Virus record (IMG/VR): IMGVR_UViG_3300026511_000027
Span: 1 to 24,461 of that record
Strand: one strand, 5' to 3'
DNA from: a virus
Lineage: Duplodnaviria > Caudoviricetes
Length of the DNA: 24,461 nt
The notes below the pieces were generated by a model. That model was not told the origin of the DNA. It saw only the letters and a program-made list of their open reading frames with translations, and ran no database searches. Of this stretch, positions 1-7,421 are shown piece after piece; the stretch's first letter is position 1, and each line of letters opens with the position of its first letter. Both the position numbers and the translations under genes were made by a program.

Positions 1-60
1 TACGGCGAAAAATTAAGAGATATAATAAAATTTTATAACTTAGAAAAATACAATAATTGA
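1..60 (+). CDS. 3' end of a probable GH73 glucosaminidase-type peptidoglycan hydrolase (5'-truncated)
   Basis: Frame 1 reads YGEKLRDIIKFYNLEKYNN-TGA, resembling the GH73 C-terminus after the YATD motif (Y..KL..II..YNL..YD). Only 19 residues are visible. Confidence 0.6.
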   Translation, partial: YGEKLRDIIKFYNLEKYNN

Positions 61-170
61 ACACAATATTAATTTTTATTTTAATGATGATAACGCCTAT
101 ATTTACAATATATTTTATTATCTTTTTAGGCGCGTTAATACACGCAATAAGACAAAATTTTAAAAAATGA
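57..170 (+). CDS. 37-aa single-TM membrane peptide, holin/lysis accessory candidate (not in ORF track)
   Basis: TTG start overlaps the upstream stop (TTGA); TGA stop overlaps the amidase ATG (ATGA). MNTILIFILMMITPIFTIYFIIFLGALIHAIRQNFKK is a long hydrophobic stretch with a basic tail. Confidence 0.55.
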   Translation: MNTILIFILMMITPIFTIYFIIFLGALIHAIRQNFKK

Positions 171-736
171 AAACTGTAATTTTAGACGCCGGCCACGGGG
201 GAATAATAGCCGGCCAATACCAAACCGCCGGCAAACGTTCCCCGGTTTGGTCCGACGGCACAATACTCTACGAAGGCGAATTTAACCGGGCAATTAAAGC
301 CCGGGTAATTGAACGACTAAGCGCCGTTTATATTCCCTACATAGACATAAACCCCGAATATATCGATATATCTTTAAATTCGCGCGTAGAACGGGCCAAT
401 AAATACGCTAATAATTCCTTTTTAATATCAATACACGCCAACGCCGGCGGCGGCCACGGTTGCGAAGTATTTATAAGCCCAAACGCAAGCGAAAAAAGCC
501 ACCAAATAGCAGCCGAAGCACAAAAACAATATAAAAAAAGTTTTCCTTCATATCGTTGGCGCGGCATTAAAGAGGAAAAATTTACAATTATTCATAAAAC
601 ACGAATGCCGGCCGTATTATTTGAATGCTTTTTTATGGATAATAAAAAAGAATGTAACCAAATATTACAAACTAGAAGCGGCCGCGATCTTTGCGCGGAT
701 TGGATTTATAACACAATAATAGAAAGCGTTTTTTAA
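167..736 (+). CDS. N-acetylmuramoyl-L-alanine amidase (Amidase_3), endolysin, catalytic domain only
   Basis: Zn-binding/catalytic motifs ILDAGHGG, EGEFN, ISIHANA, VLFECFFMDN. Confidence 0.93.
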   Translation: MKTVILDAGHGGIIAGQYQTAGKRSPVWSDGTILYEGEFNRAIKARVIERLSAVYIPYIDINPEYIDISLNSRVERANKYANNSFLISIHANAGGGHGCEVFISPNASEKSHQIAAEAQKQYKKSFPSYRWRGIKEEKFTIIHKTRMPAVLFECFFMDNKKECNQILQTRSGRDLCADWIYNTIIESVF

Positions 737-982
737 ATGCTTAGATTAAAATTATCAAAAATAGAAACCTATTTAATGCGAACTGAACCGGACAACCCGG
801 CCGCGGCAGAAATTTGGGGCGTTATAAAACATAATTGCCACCCAAGAAGCGAAATAACCGCCAAATTTAGCCCGGAAACAACCGAAGCAATAAAACGTAT
901 TGATAAACTACTAGACACCCAAGAAAGGCAATATTTAAAAGAATTAGAACAAATTAAAAAAAGAAAGCGCCGCAAAAGATAG
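737..982 (+). CDS. Hypothetical protein with basic C-terminus (KKRKRRKR)
   Basis: 81-aa ORF starting immediately after the amidase stop; window-typical codon usage. Confidence 0.7.
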   Translation: MLRLKLSKIETYLMRTEPDNPAAAEIWGVIKHNCHPRSEITAKFSPETTEAIKRIDKLLDTQERQYLKELEQIKKRKRRKR

Positions 983-1017
983 GCGCCAATTATTAACAAC
1001 TAAATAATATTTTAAAA

Positions 1018-1380
1018 ATGGAAAATTTAGCAATTACCGGAACTATTAAAAAGGTTTTACCAATACAACAGATAACGGATAGTTTTAGCAAACAAGAATT
1101 TATATTAGAAACCGGCGACACGTACCCACAAAAAATAAAATTTGAAACCGTAAACGATAAAACCGAACTTTTAAAAGGTATATCTAAACAAATTGAGGCA
1201 AAAGTTTATTTTAATGTACGCGGCCGCGAATGGATCAACAAAGAAAATAAAACGGTTTATTTTGTTACCTTGCAAGCGTGGAAAATCGAAACGGTTAACG
1301 CCGAAGAAATAGCGCCAATAAAAGAACCGGTAAAAGTAGCAGCGCAAACAAATATTTATAACGACGATTTACCTTTTTAA
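1018..1380 (+). CDS. DUF3127 family protein (OB-fold, SSB-like)
   Basis: KQEFILET...YPQKIKFE, FNVRGREW, YFVTLQAWKIE and an SSB-type acidic tail DDLPF; family is typical of Bacteroidota and their phages. Confidence 0.88.
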   Translation: MENLAITGTIKKVLPIQQITDSFSKQEFILETGDTYPQKIKFETVNDKTELLKGISKQIEAKVYFNVRGREWINKENKTVYFVTLQAWKIETVNAEEIAPIKEPVKVAAQTNIYNDDLPF

Positions 1381-1381
1381 A

Positions 1382-1555
1382 ATGGACGAACTAAAAAAGC
1401 AATTAACCCGGCTACAAAGTGAAAATCTATTTTTAAAAGAAGTAATACGGAACCAATACAAAAAAGCAAAAAAGGCCGTTTCTTTAATAGATACATTTAA
1501 CACAATAGAAGCCGAAGAAAACCAAACAAATAAACCGTATAAACCGGAATTTTAA
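1382..1555 (+). CDS. 57-aa hypothetical coiled-coil protein (not in ORF track)
   Basis: ATG follows the DUF3127 stop after a 1-nt gap; MDELKKQLTRLQSENLFLKEVIRNQYKKAKK...PEF-TAA. Confidence 0.7.
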   Translation: MDELKKQLTRLQSENLFLKEVIRNQYKKAKKAVSLIDTFNTIEAEENQTNKPYKPEF

Positions 1556-1635
1556 AATATAACGTTTAACGGGGGTTAACGTTATAGGTCCGGCTATTGG
1601 CATAGGTCCGGGCCTTTGGTTAAATAAAGCCTATT

Positions 1636-1665
1636 AAGCCGCTGCGATTCGTGGCGGCTTTTTTT
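1636..1665 (+). terminator. Intrinsic terminator
   Basis: AAGCCGC-TGCGATTCGTG-GCGGCTT stem-loop running into a T7 tract. Confidence 0.85.
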
Positions 1666-1693
1666 GTTTGTTTTGTAAAAAATTATATATTTG
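1663..1693 (+). promoter_or_regulatory. Bacteroidota primary-sigma promoter
   Basis: -33 TTTG (1663-1666), 19-nt spacer, -7 TATATTTG (1686-1693); exact match to the TTTG/TAnnTTTG consensus. Confidence 0.7.
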
Positions 1694-1696
1694 TAA

Positions 1697-1755
1697 ATGC
1701 TCTCTTCTTTTTTAGGCCGCCTTTTATTTTATCCGGAATATTGGCGGCCTTTTTT
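1697..1755 (+). ncRNA. Candidate small RNA of about 58 nt (alternatively an attenuator leader)
   Basis: Bounded by the consensus promoter and an intrinsic terminator; 5' single-stranded pyrimidine tract GCUCUCUUCUUUUUU. Inference only. Confidence 0.35.
1714..1755 (+). terminator. Intrinsic terminator
   Basis: AGGCCGCC...GGCGGCCT 8-bp stem with inner TATTTT/GGAATA pairing, running into a T6 tract. Confidence 0.75.
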
Positions 1756-1796
1756 GTTCTTTTATAGTATAATTTTTGTATCTTTATAGTACAAAA
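1753..1796 (+). promoter_or_regulatory. Putative promoter and operator for the RHH gene
   Basis: TTTG (1753-1756), 22-nt spacer, TATCTTTA (1779-1786; one mismatch to TAnnTTTG). Overlaps direct repeat TTTATAGTA (1761, 1783) and inverted repeat TTTTGTA-N9-TACAAAA (1774-1796). Confidence 0.45.
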
Positions 1797-1805
1797 TATT
1801 AAAAT

Positions 1806-1985
1806 ATGCAAAAGGAAAAATTAAAAAACTCATTAACTTTTAGAGAAAACAAACAAAACGCCGGATTAGTAAACAACTTAAAAAAGTTATCCGAAGCGAA
1901 TAACCGCCGTTTAAATGATTATCTAAATATTATTCTAAGTAACCACATAAAAGAACAAAACAAAACCGCTAAAAATGGAAATTAA
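1806..1985 (+). CDS. 59-aa ribbon-helix-helix (Arc-like) DNA-binding protein (not in ORF track)
   Basis: SLTFR strand followed by LVNNLKKLSEANNRRLNDYLNIILSNHI, the Arc/CopG pattern (L..LA....RS.N..+..+L); overlaps the next gene's start. Confidence 0.65.
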   Translation: MQKEKLKNSLTFRENKQNAGLVNNLKKLSEANNRRLNDYLNIILSNHIKEQNKTAKNGN

Positions 1986-2211
1986 TAAGGCACTAGAAAA
2001 AATACAAGAACAAAAAATAAAAATCGACGTATTAACAAACGAAAACGAAAAACTTTTAAAAGAACAAGAAGAATTCCAAAGCGCCTTAATAGAAAAAATT
2101 AAGGATATTAAAAAGCTAGGACCTTTTAAACGCTTTTTTGCTTACGGGCGTCTGTTAATGGATTTAATCCAAACGATAGAAAAGGCAATAAGCAGCCAAC
2201 AAACGAAATAA
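1975..2211 (+). CDS. Hypothetical coiled-coil protein
   Basis: 78-aa ORF rich in E/K/Q heptads, with an A-rich start context. Confidence 0.7.
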   Translation: MEINKALEKIQEQKIKIDVLTNENEKLLKEQEEFQSALIEKIKDIKKLGPFKRFFAYGRLLMDLIQTIEKAISSQQTK

Positions 2212-2239
2212 AAAAGGATTTTTTTTAGTTGTTTATGTT

Positions 2240-2269
2240 ACGGCGGTTTTTAATTGAACCGCCGTTTTT
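2240..2269 (+). terminator. Intrinsic terminator
   Basis: ACGGCGGTT-N8-AACCGCCGT perfect 9-bp stem followed by Ts. Confidence 0.75.
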
Positions 2270-2283
2270 AAAATATTGTAACA

Positions 2284-2535
2284 ATGAACGATATAAGTAT
2301 AAATTTACCGGTATTAAACGCCTTGAAATTGTCGGAATTTTTAAAAGATGTGGCCGAACAATTAGAATACAAAGTACAACAAAACGGCGCTATTAATTAC
2401 GATCAACAATTATTTTTAAGTAGTGTTAAAACTTTTAATTTAGAAGTTAGCCGGAATATAAAAGAACACCAATACGCCGAAATATTAGAACTTTACGAAA
2501 ACGGCGAAAATTTACACGAATTAATAAACGGCTAA
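2284..2535 (+). CDS. Hypothetical protein
   Basis: 83-aa ORF directly upstream of TerS. Confidence 0.65.
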   Translation: MNDISINLPVLNALKLSEFLKDVAEQLEYKVQQNGAINYDQQLFLSSVKTFNLEVSRNIKEHQYAEILELYENGENLHELING

Positions 2536-2543
2536 TTTTAAAT

Positions 2544-2912
2544 ATGAAAGGAAAAAAGAAAAGTAACGCCGGACGCAAAAAGATCATTATAAATTGGGCG
2601 CGCGTAGATGCAGCACTTAAAGCCGGGGCAAACGGCGTACAATGCGCGGCAATGTTAGGCATACACCCGGAAACATTATACGACCATTGCAAACAGGATA
2701 AAAAAGTCGATTTTTCCGCCTATTTAAGAGAAAAGCGCGAAGCCGGAAACGAAGCCCTATTAAAAGCCCAATACGACGGCGCAATAAGTGGGGACCGGGG
2801 CTTATTGATTTGGCTAGGTAAACAACGATTAAACCAAAGCGATAAAAAAGAAATAAAACAACAATTTGACGGTTTAAATTTTAAAATTGTTGAAGATGAA
2901 AACGGCAATTAG
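2544..2912 (+). CDS. terS: Terminase small subunit
   Basis: AGRKK N-terminus, HTH (GVQCAAMLGIHPETLY), AISGDRGLLIWLGKQRLNQSD motif; overlaps TerL. Confidence 0.8.
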   Translation: MKGKKKSNAGRKKIIINWARVDAALKAGANGVQCAAMLGIHPETLYDHCKQDKKVDFSAYLREKREAGNEALLKAQYDGAISGDRGLLIWLGKQRLNQSDKKEIKQQFDGLNFKIVEDENGN

Positions 2913-4353
2913 TACAATAAAAACAAATAAAATATACTCTAAATATTGCCCTAATTACAAAGGGCGCTATTTAGCTTTATTCGGTGGCGCCGGTTCCGGT
3001 AAAAGTGTTTATGCCGTGCAAATGTTTATTAAGCGATTAGTTAACGAAAAAGACGCAAATCACAAATTTTTATTTATTCGTAAGGTAGCCCGGACTATAA
3101 AAGATTCTATTTTTGAACAAACAAAACTAATTATAAAAGAACAAGGCTTTTATAGTTTTTGTACATTCAACAAAGTAGACAAAGAAATAATATTTTTACC
3201 CAACGGTAATAAAATTATAATGCTAGGTTTAGATGATCCCGAAAAAATAAAAAGCATTAGCGGAATAACCGGTATTTTTTGCGAAGAAATAACCGAACTA
3301 ACGGAAAACGATTTTTTACAATTGGATTTAAGGCTACGCGGCAATTTTAAACACCCGTTACAATTCGTTTACTCTTTTAACCCGGTAGACCGTAACCATT
3401 GGTTGCAAAAATACGTAGAACCGCAATTAAGCCCAAAAATGCCGGACTATATAAAAAACCTTGAATACTTGGAACCGGGCAAAGTTTGGCAGTTTACCCG
3501 ACAAACCGAAGGCGGCGCCCAACTACAAACCCGGGTAATAAATACAACGTACAAAGATAATAGGTTTATAGATAACGACTATAAAAGCCAATTAAAGCTA
3601 TTATCTAGCGTATCAGAAACATATTACGAAGTCTACGAGCGCGGCCGTTGGGGGCGCGTTAAAACGGGCGATTTATTCGCGCACGCATTTAACCCGGCTA
3701 AACACGTAAAAGACGATGTTTTAAGGGACGGAAAAAATACGCTGCATTATACCGTAGATTTTAACGTACGGCCGTATATGAGCGGTTTAATAATCGAATT
3801 AGAATATATAAAAGGCGGCTTTTGGGCCGGTTATACTGATTATTGGATTCTAAAAGTAATAGACGAAGTAAGCAACGAACACCCACGAAACGACGCTTTT
3901 AATTTGGGCGCCGAAATTGCGGCACGTTACGACCTACAAAGCGGTTTTTTTTTATACGGCGATGCAAGCGGAAACAAGCGTTTGGGGGTAAAAGACACAA
4001 AAACGCATTTTTATGATCTTAAAAAAGGCTTAGAACAAAGCGCTATTAATTGCGTGGAACGAATACCAAAACAAAACCCACGGTTTAAAAATATAGCGCC
4101 CGGGAGTTTAGGCCGTAAGGCGTTTTTAAATCTATTGTTTAGCGGCGGCCTACCGGTACGCGTTTTAATAAATTCAAAAAAATGTATTAACTTTATAAAA
4201 GATTTAAAGTTTTGTTTACAAGACGGAACCGGCCGGCTACTAAAAAAGAAAAATAAAGAAGGCTACGAAGAACGCGGCCACCATTTAGACGCGTTTCAAT
4301 ATTTTATTTGTTACCCGGAAACATTAGGCTATTTAGCAAAGATTAAAAAATAA
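2896..4353 (+). CDS. terL: Terminase large subunit (PBSX/SPP1-like)
   Basis: Walker A GGAGSGKS, GLDDPEKIKS, Walker B IFCEE, SFNP, TTYKDNRF; nuclease motifs TVDFN, YGDASG, HHLDAFQY. ATG at 2896 preferred over TTG at 2887. Confidence 0.96.
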   Translation: MKTAISTIKTNKIYSKYCPNYKGRYLALFGGAGSGKSVYAVQMFIKRLVNEKDANHKFLFIRKVARTIKDSIFEQTKLIIKEQGFYSFCTFNKVDKEIIFLPNGNKIIMLGLDDPEKIKSISGITGIFCEEITELTENDFLQLDLRLRGNFKHPLQFVYSFNPVDRNHWLQKYVEPQLSPKMPDYIKNLEYLEPGKVWQFTRQTEGGAQLQTRVINTTYKDNRFIDNDYKSQLKLLSSVSETYYEVYERGRWGRVKTGDLFAHAFNPAKHVKDDVLRDGKNTLHYTVDFNVRPYMSGLIIELEYIKGGFWAGYTDYWILKVIDEVSNEHPRNDAFNLGAEIAARYDLQSGFFLYGDASGNKRLGVKDTKTHFYDLKKGLEQSAINCVERIPKQNPRFKNIAPGSLGRKAFLNLLFSGGLPVRVLINSKKCINFIKDLKFCLQDGTGRLLKKKNKEGYEERGHHLDAFQYFICYPETLGYLAKIKK

Positions 4354-4358
4354 AAGTA

Positions 4359-4649
4359 ATGGCAAAAAGTAGGATACAGATAGGCAAAACAATAACCGTA
4401 AAAGGTCGCAAATATAAAATAAGCGCCGGAACCGCCAAAGGCAAAAAATACAAAGCCACACCAACGGACGGCGGCCCGGGCGTTTTACAATTTGGCGCCA
4501 AAGGCTACAAGGTAGGACCCGGCACGCCGCGCGGCAATAATTATTGTACAAGGTCCGCCGGAATTAAAAGCAGTAAAAAGGGCGCAACGCCTAACGATTT
4601 CGCGCGTATGCTTTGGAATTGTGACGGTAAAAAAAGTAAAAAGTTTTAA
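4359..4649 (+). CDS. Small basic protein resembling DUF5754/DUF6321-type viral proteins
   Basis: KGKKYKA...LQFGAKGY...R..Y..R..G...P..FAR.LW pattern recalled from those families; K/R/G-rich. Confidence 0.5.
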   Translation: MAKSRIQIGKTITVKGRKYKISAGTAKGKKYKATPTDGGPGVLQFGAKGYKVGPGTPRGNNYCTRSAGIKSSKKGATPNDFARMLWNCDGKKSKKF

Positions 4650-4651
4650 AA

Positions 4652-4738
4652 ATGAAACACAAAAAAACAAAATACCCTAAACGCGGACAACGCGCGGCAA
4701 CAAACAAAAAGACACGTACCAAAAAGGCTAAAAAATGA
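4652..4738 (+). CDS. 28-aa protamine-like basic peptide (not in ORF track)
   Basis: MKHKKTKYPKRGQRAATNKKTRTKKAKK fills the gap; its stop overlaps the portal start (ATGA). Confidence 0.65.
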   Translation: MKHKKTKYPKRGQRAATNKKTRTKKAKK

Positions 4739-6546
4739 ACAATAAAACAAAGGCGGTTATAAACGGTTACACTCATAAAAACTATTATTATACTTGTGAA
4801 TTAGCCCACTTTTATAACCAAATTGTAACGGGCGACGGTTACGGCGAGTTGATCGTAAATTATAAACCTCGAGAAACGGACGCCCAAAAGGCGCAACGCG
4901 TACAAATTACCCAAAACAGAACTAAAAGCGTAGCCGGTAAAGTAGAGGGCTTTTTTAAGCGCGTATTTAGGGCCGATAAATTAAAATTAGATGTAAGGCA
5001 CGACGACGAACAAAAAAGCGCCGAAATAGGCCAATATTTAAACAATTACGGCCACGACGGACAAAGCTTATTAACTTGGTCCGAAGAAACGGCGTTATTT
5101 TATAATAATATAGACCCAAACGCCTTTTATTGGGTGCGGCACTCTATTTTAAACGGCGTTGATAATTTCAGCCCGTTTGTATTTAATTCGCACGAAGTAA
5201 AAGATTTTAAACAAAGTAAAGGCGTTTTAAATTATTGTGTTTGTGAACTTTGCGAAACGGTCCAATATATGGACGGCCAAAGTAGTAGCGAAAAACAAAT
5301 AAAAATTTATTATACTTTTACGCCCGAAGGTTTAGAGTTAGCCGTAGAATTAGAAGAACAAATTTTAGTAAATTCTAACTTTTACGACCAATTTACAAAC
5401 GAAGCCGGGACCTTTGAAACAATAGAAACGGTAAACGATAAAAGCTATATTTTATTATTTCAGCCGTCCGAAACCGGGGCCGTACCGGTTACGCGCGTTG
5501 GTTATCGTTACGACAAAAAAACCGAAGGCAAAACTTTTGTTTCTTTTTGGGACCAAGCAACCGAAGAATATAAACAACTTGTTAACCGTGGTTCCGAATA
5601 CGACCTATCCTTAACGCTGCACGCCTTTTTACAAAAAATACAATATTATACGCCGTGCGATTATCAAGACACCGACACGCACGCAATATGCCGCGGCGGC
5701 ACGCTGCACCCGTCCGGCGATAATTGCCCGGCTTGTAGCGGAACCGGTAAACAAGTACATACAAGTAGTCAGGATGTTATCGAAGTACAACTACCAAGCG
5801 ACGACGGCGAACAAACAACAATAAGCCCGAAGGACTTAGTTTTTTACGTTAATATACCGTTTGACATAGTAAAACAACAAAAAGAGGACGTAAACGAATA
5901 CACGCCCAAAATTATAGAGAGTATTTTCGGCGTTGATATTAGCCACCAACAAACAACCGCCGCAACCGCTACACAAATAAATAATTATTATGATACCGCC
6001 CAAGATTCTTTATACGAATTTACAAAGGCGCCGCAAAAGTTATTTTTATTTACTATTGAAACAATGGCCGAAACGCTACAAATTGACGGCGTAAAAAGCG
6101 AATTATTATATACTAACGAATACGATTTAGAAAGCGAAGATTATTTGTTAAACTTATTGAAATTAGCAAAAGAAGCCGGCGCCAATAGCGAAGCGATCGA
6201 AAACATAAACAAGCGGTTAAACGTTAAACAGAACCGCACGGATTCGGCCTATTTTAGCGTTTACAATTCTATGCGAAAATTTGAACCCTTCGCAACGATA
6301 CCGGCCGAATTAAAGGCTCAAATAATATTAAATTTGCCGGATTCTTCAATACAAAAAGCGCTTTATCTGAATTTTAAAGAAATTACGGAAGATATTTTAA
6401 ACAATGAACCGGCTTTTTTAATGCTAGATTATAACCGACAAAAGGCAATAATTACGGCAAAGGCCCAAACATACGCGAACCAATTAATAAAGGACAATAG
6501 CCCCCGACAAATACGGGATTTTAGCGAACAAATAAATATTAATTAA
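4735..6546 (+). CDS. Portal protein with internal Cys4 zinc-ribbon insert
   Basis: 603 aa, located between TerL and the MuF-like gene; contains C-x10-C...CPACSGTG. Portal call rests on position and size. Confidence 0.75.
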   Translation: MNNKTKAVINGYTHKNYYYTCELAHFYNQIVTGDGYGELIVNYKPRETDAQKAQRVQITQNRTKSVAGKVEGFFKRVFRADKLKLDVRHDDEQKSAEIGQYLNNYGHDGQSLLTWSEETALFYNNIDPNAFYWVRHSILNGVDNFSPFVFNSHEVKDFKQSKGVLNYCVCELCETVQYMDGQSSSEKQIKIYYTFTPEGLELAVELEEQILVNSNFYDQFTNEAGTFETIETVNDKSYILLFQPSETGAVPVTRVGYRYDKKTEGKTFVSFWDQATEEYKQLVNRGSEYDLSLTLHAFLQKIQYYTPCDYQDTDTHAICRGGTLHPSGDNCPACSGTGKQVHTSSQDVIEVQLPSDDGEQTTISPKDLVFYVNIPFDIVKQQKEDVNEYTPKIIESIFGVDISHQQTTAATATQINNYYDTAQDSLYEFTKAPQKLFLFTIETMAETLQIDGVKSELLYTNEYDLESEDYLLNLLKLAKEAGANSEAIENINKRLNVKQNRTDSAYFSVYNSMRKFEPFATIPAELKAQIILNLPDSSIQKALYLNFKEITEDILNNEPAFLMLDYNRQKAIITAKAQTYANQLIKDNSPRQIRDFSEQININ

Positions 6547-7418
6547 TGCCGCCAACGGTTACGGAATTAAGAAAAAAAGCCCGGGAACGGGCCGCCCTAT
6601 TACGAAAAAGTGAAAAAGGGCTATTATCTAAGGCTTCGGCTATGCAAAGGCGCTTAAATTCCTATGTATTAAATTATTTTTTACCTAGTTTACAGATAAA
6701 CGAAAACAACACAATAAAAAACACAAACGCCAATTTAAAGAAGGCTAACAAGGCCGGCGGATTAAAGCGGTTTATTAAAAAGGTTGTTAATGTTTCAATG
6801 TTTGATTATTACGATCAACAATTTAAAAAGCTAACTAATAAAACCGTAGACTATTTTACGCCGTTTAACCCAACCGAAGCAGCAAAAAAAAGAATATTAA
6901 ACCGGGGCGAAACAATAACGGACGGTTTTATAGATGATTTATTTGATAATAACCAAGTAGCAAACGAAATACAAAAAACAATAAAAAAAGGCATTATAAG
7001 CGGCCAAAATGTAACACAATTAAAAAGCGTTTTAACCGAACAAATAAAAGGCAAAGAAGATAAATTTGGCCTTTTAGAAAATTACCACTATCGAAACGGT
7101 ACCGACGAACTACAAAAATATACCCGCGAATTAGACCAACAATTCAGCGAAGCGGCGGAATTAAACTACGCTATTTATGCCGGGGGCGAAATAAAGACAA
7201 CGCGCGATTTTTGCGACCAAAGAAACGGAAAAGTATTTAACCGGGAAACTGTTTTAAGTTGGAATACAACGCCGGCCAATTGGTCCGGACGAAAAGAAGA
7301 TAATAATATTTTAGTAGATTTGGGCGGCTATAATTGCCGGCATAATTTAGATTGGATTAGCTACGAATTAGCAAAAAGGATTGATCCTAATATTGAAAAA
7401 TCAAAATACGATAAATAA
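6546..7418 (+). CDS. Minor head/morphogenesis protein (Mu gpF / SPP1 gp7-like)
   Basis: YAGGEIKTTRDFC..RNGKVF and LGGYNCRH motifs; TAATG-coupled to the portal gene. Confidence 0.8.
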   Translation: MPPTVTELRKKARERAALLRKSEKGLLSKASAMQRRLNSYVLNYFLPSLQINENNTIKNTNANLKKANKAGGLKRFIKKVVNVSMFDYYDQQFKKLTNKTVDYFTPFNPTEAAKKRILNRGETITDGFIDDLFDNNQVANEIQKTIKKGIISGQNVTQLKSVLTEQIKGKEDKFGLLENYHYRNGTDELQKYTRELDQQFSEAAELNYAIYAGGEIKTTRDFCDQRNGKVFNRETVLSWNTTPANWSGRKEDNNILVDLGGYNCRHNLDWISYELAKRIDPNIEKSKYDK

Positions 7419-7421
7419 AAA

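Noticed and set aside
1556-1805. CRISPR mini-array or tRNA in the structured intergenic region
   Set aside because: Only two 17-nt copies, explained as terminator arms; no repeat-spacer periodicity; no cloverleaf or T-loop consensus.
2887-2895. TTG start for terL given in the ORF track
   Set aside because: An in-frame ATG at 2896 gives a shorter overlap with terS and is more plausible; not proven.
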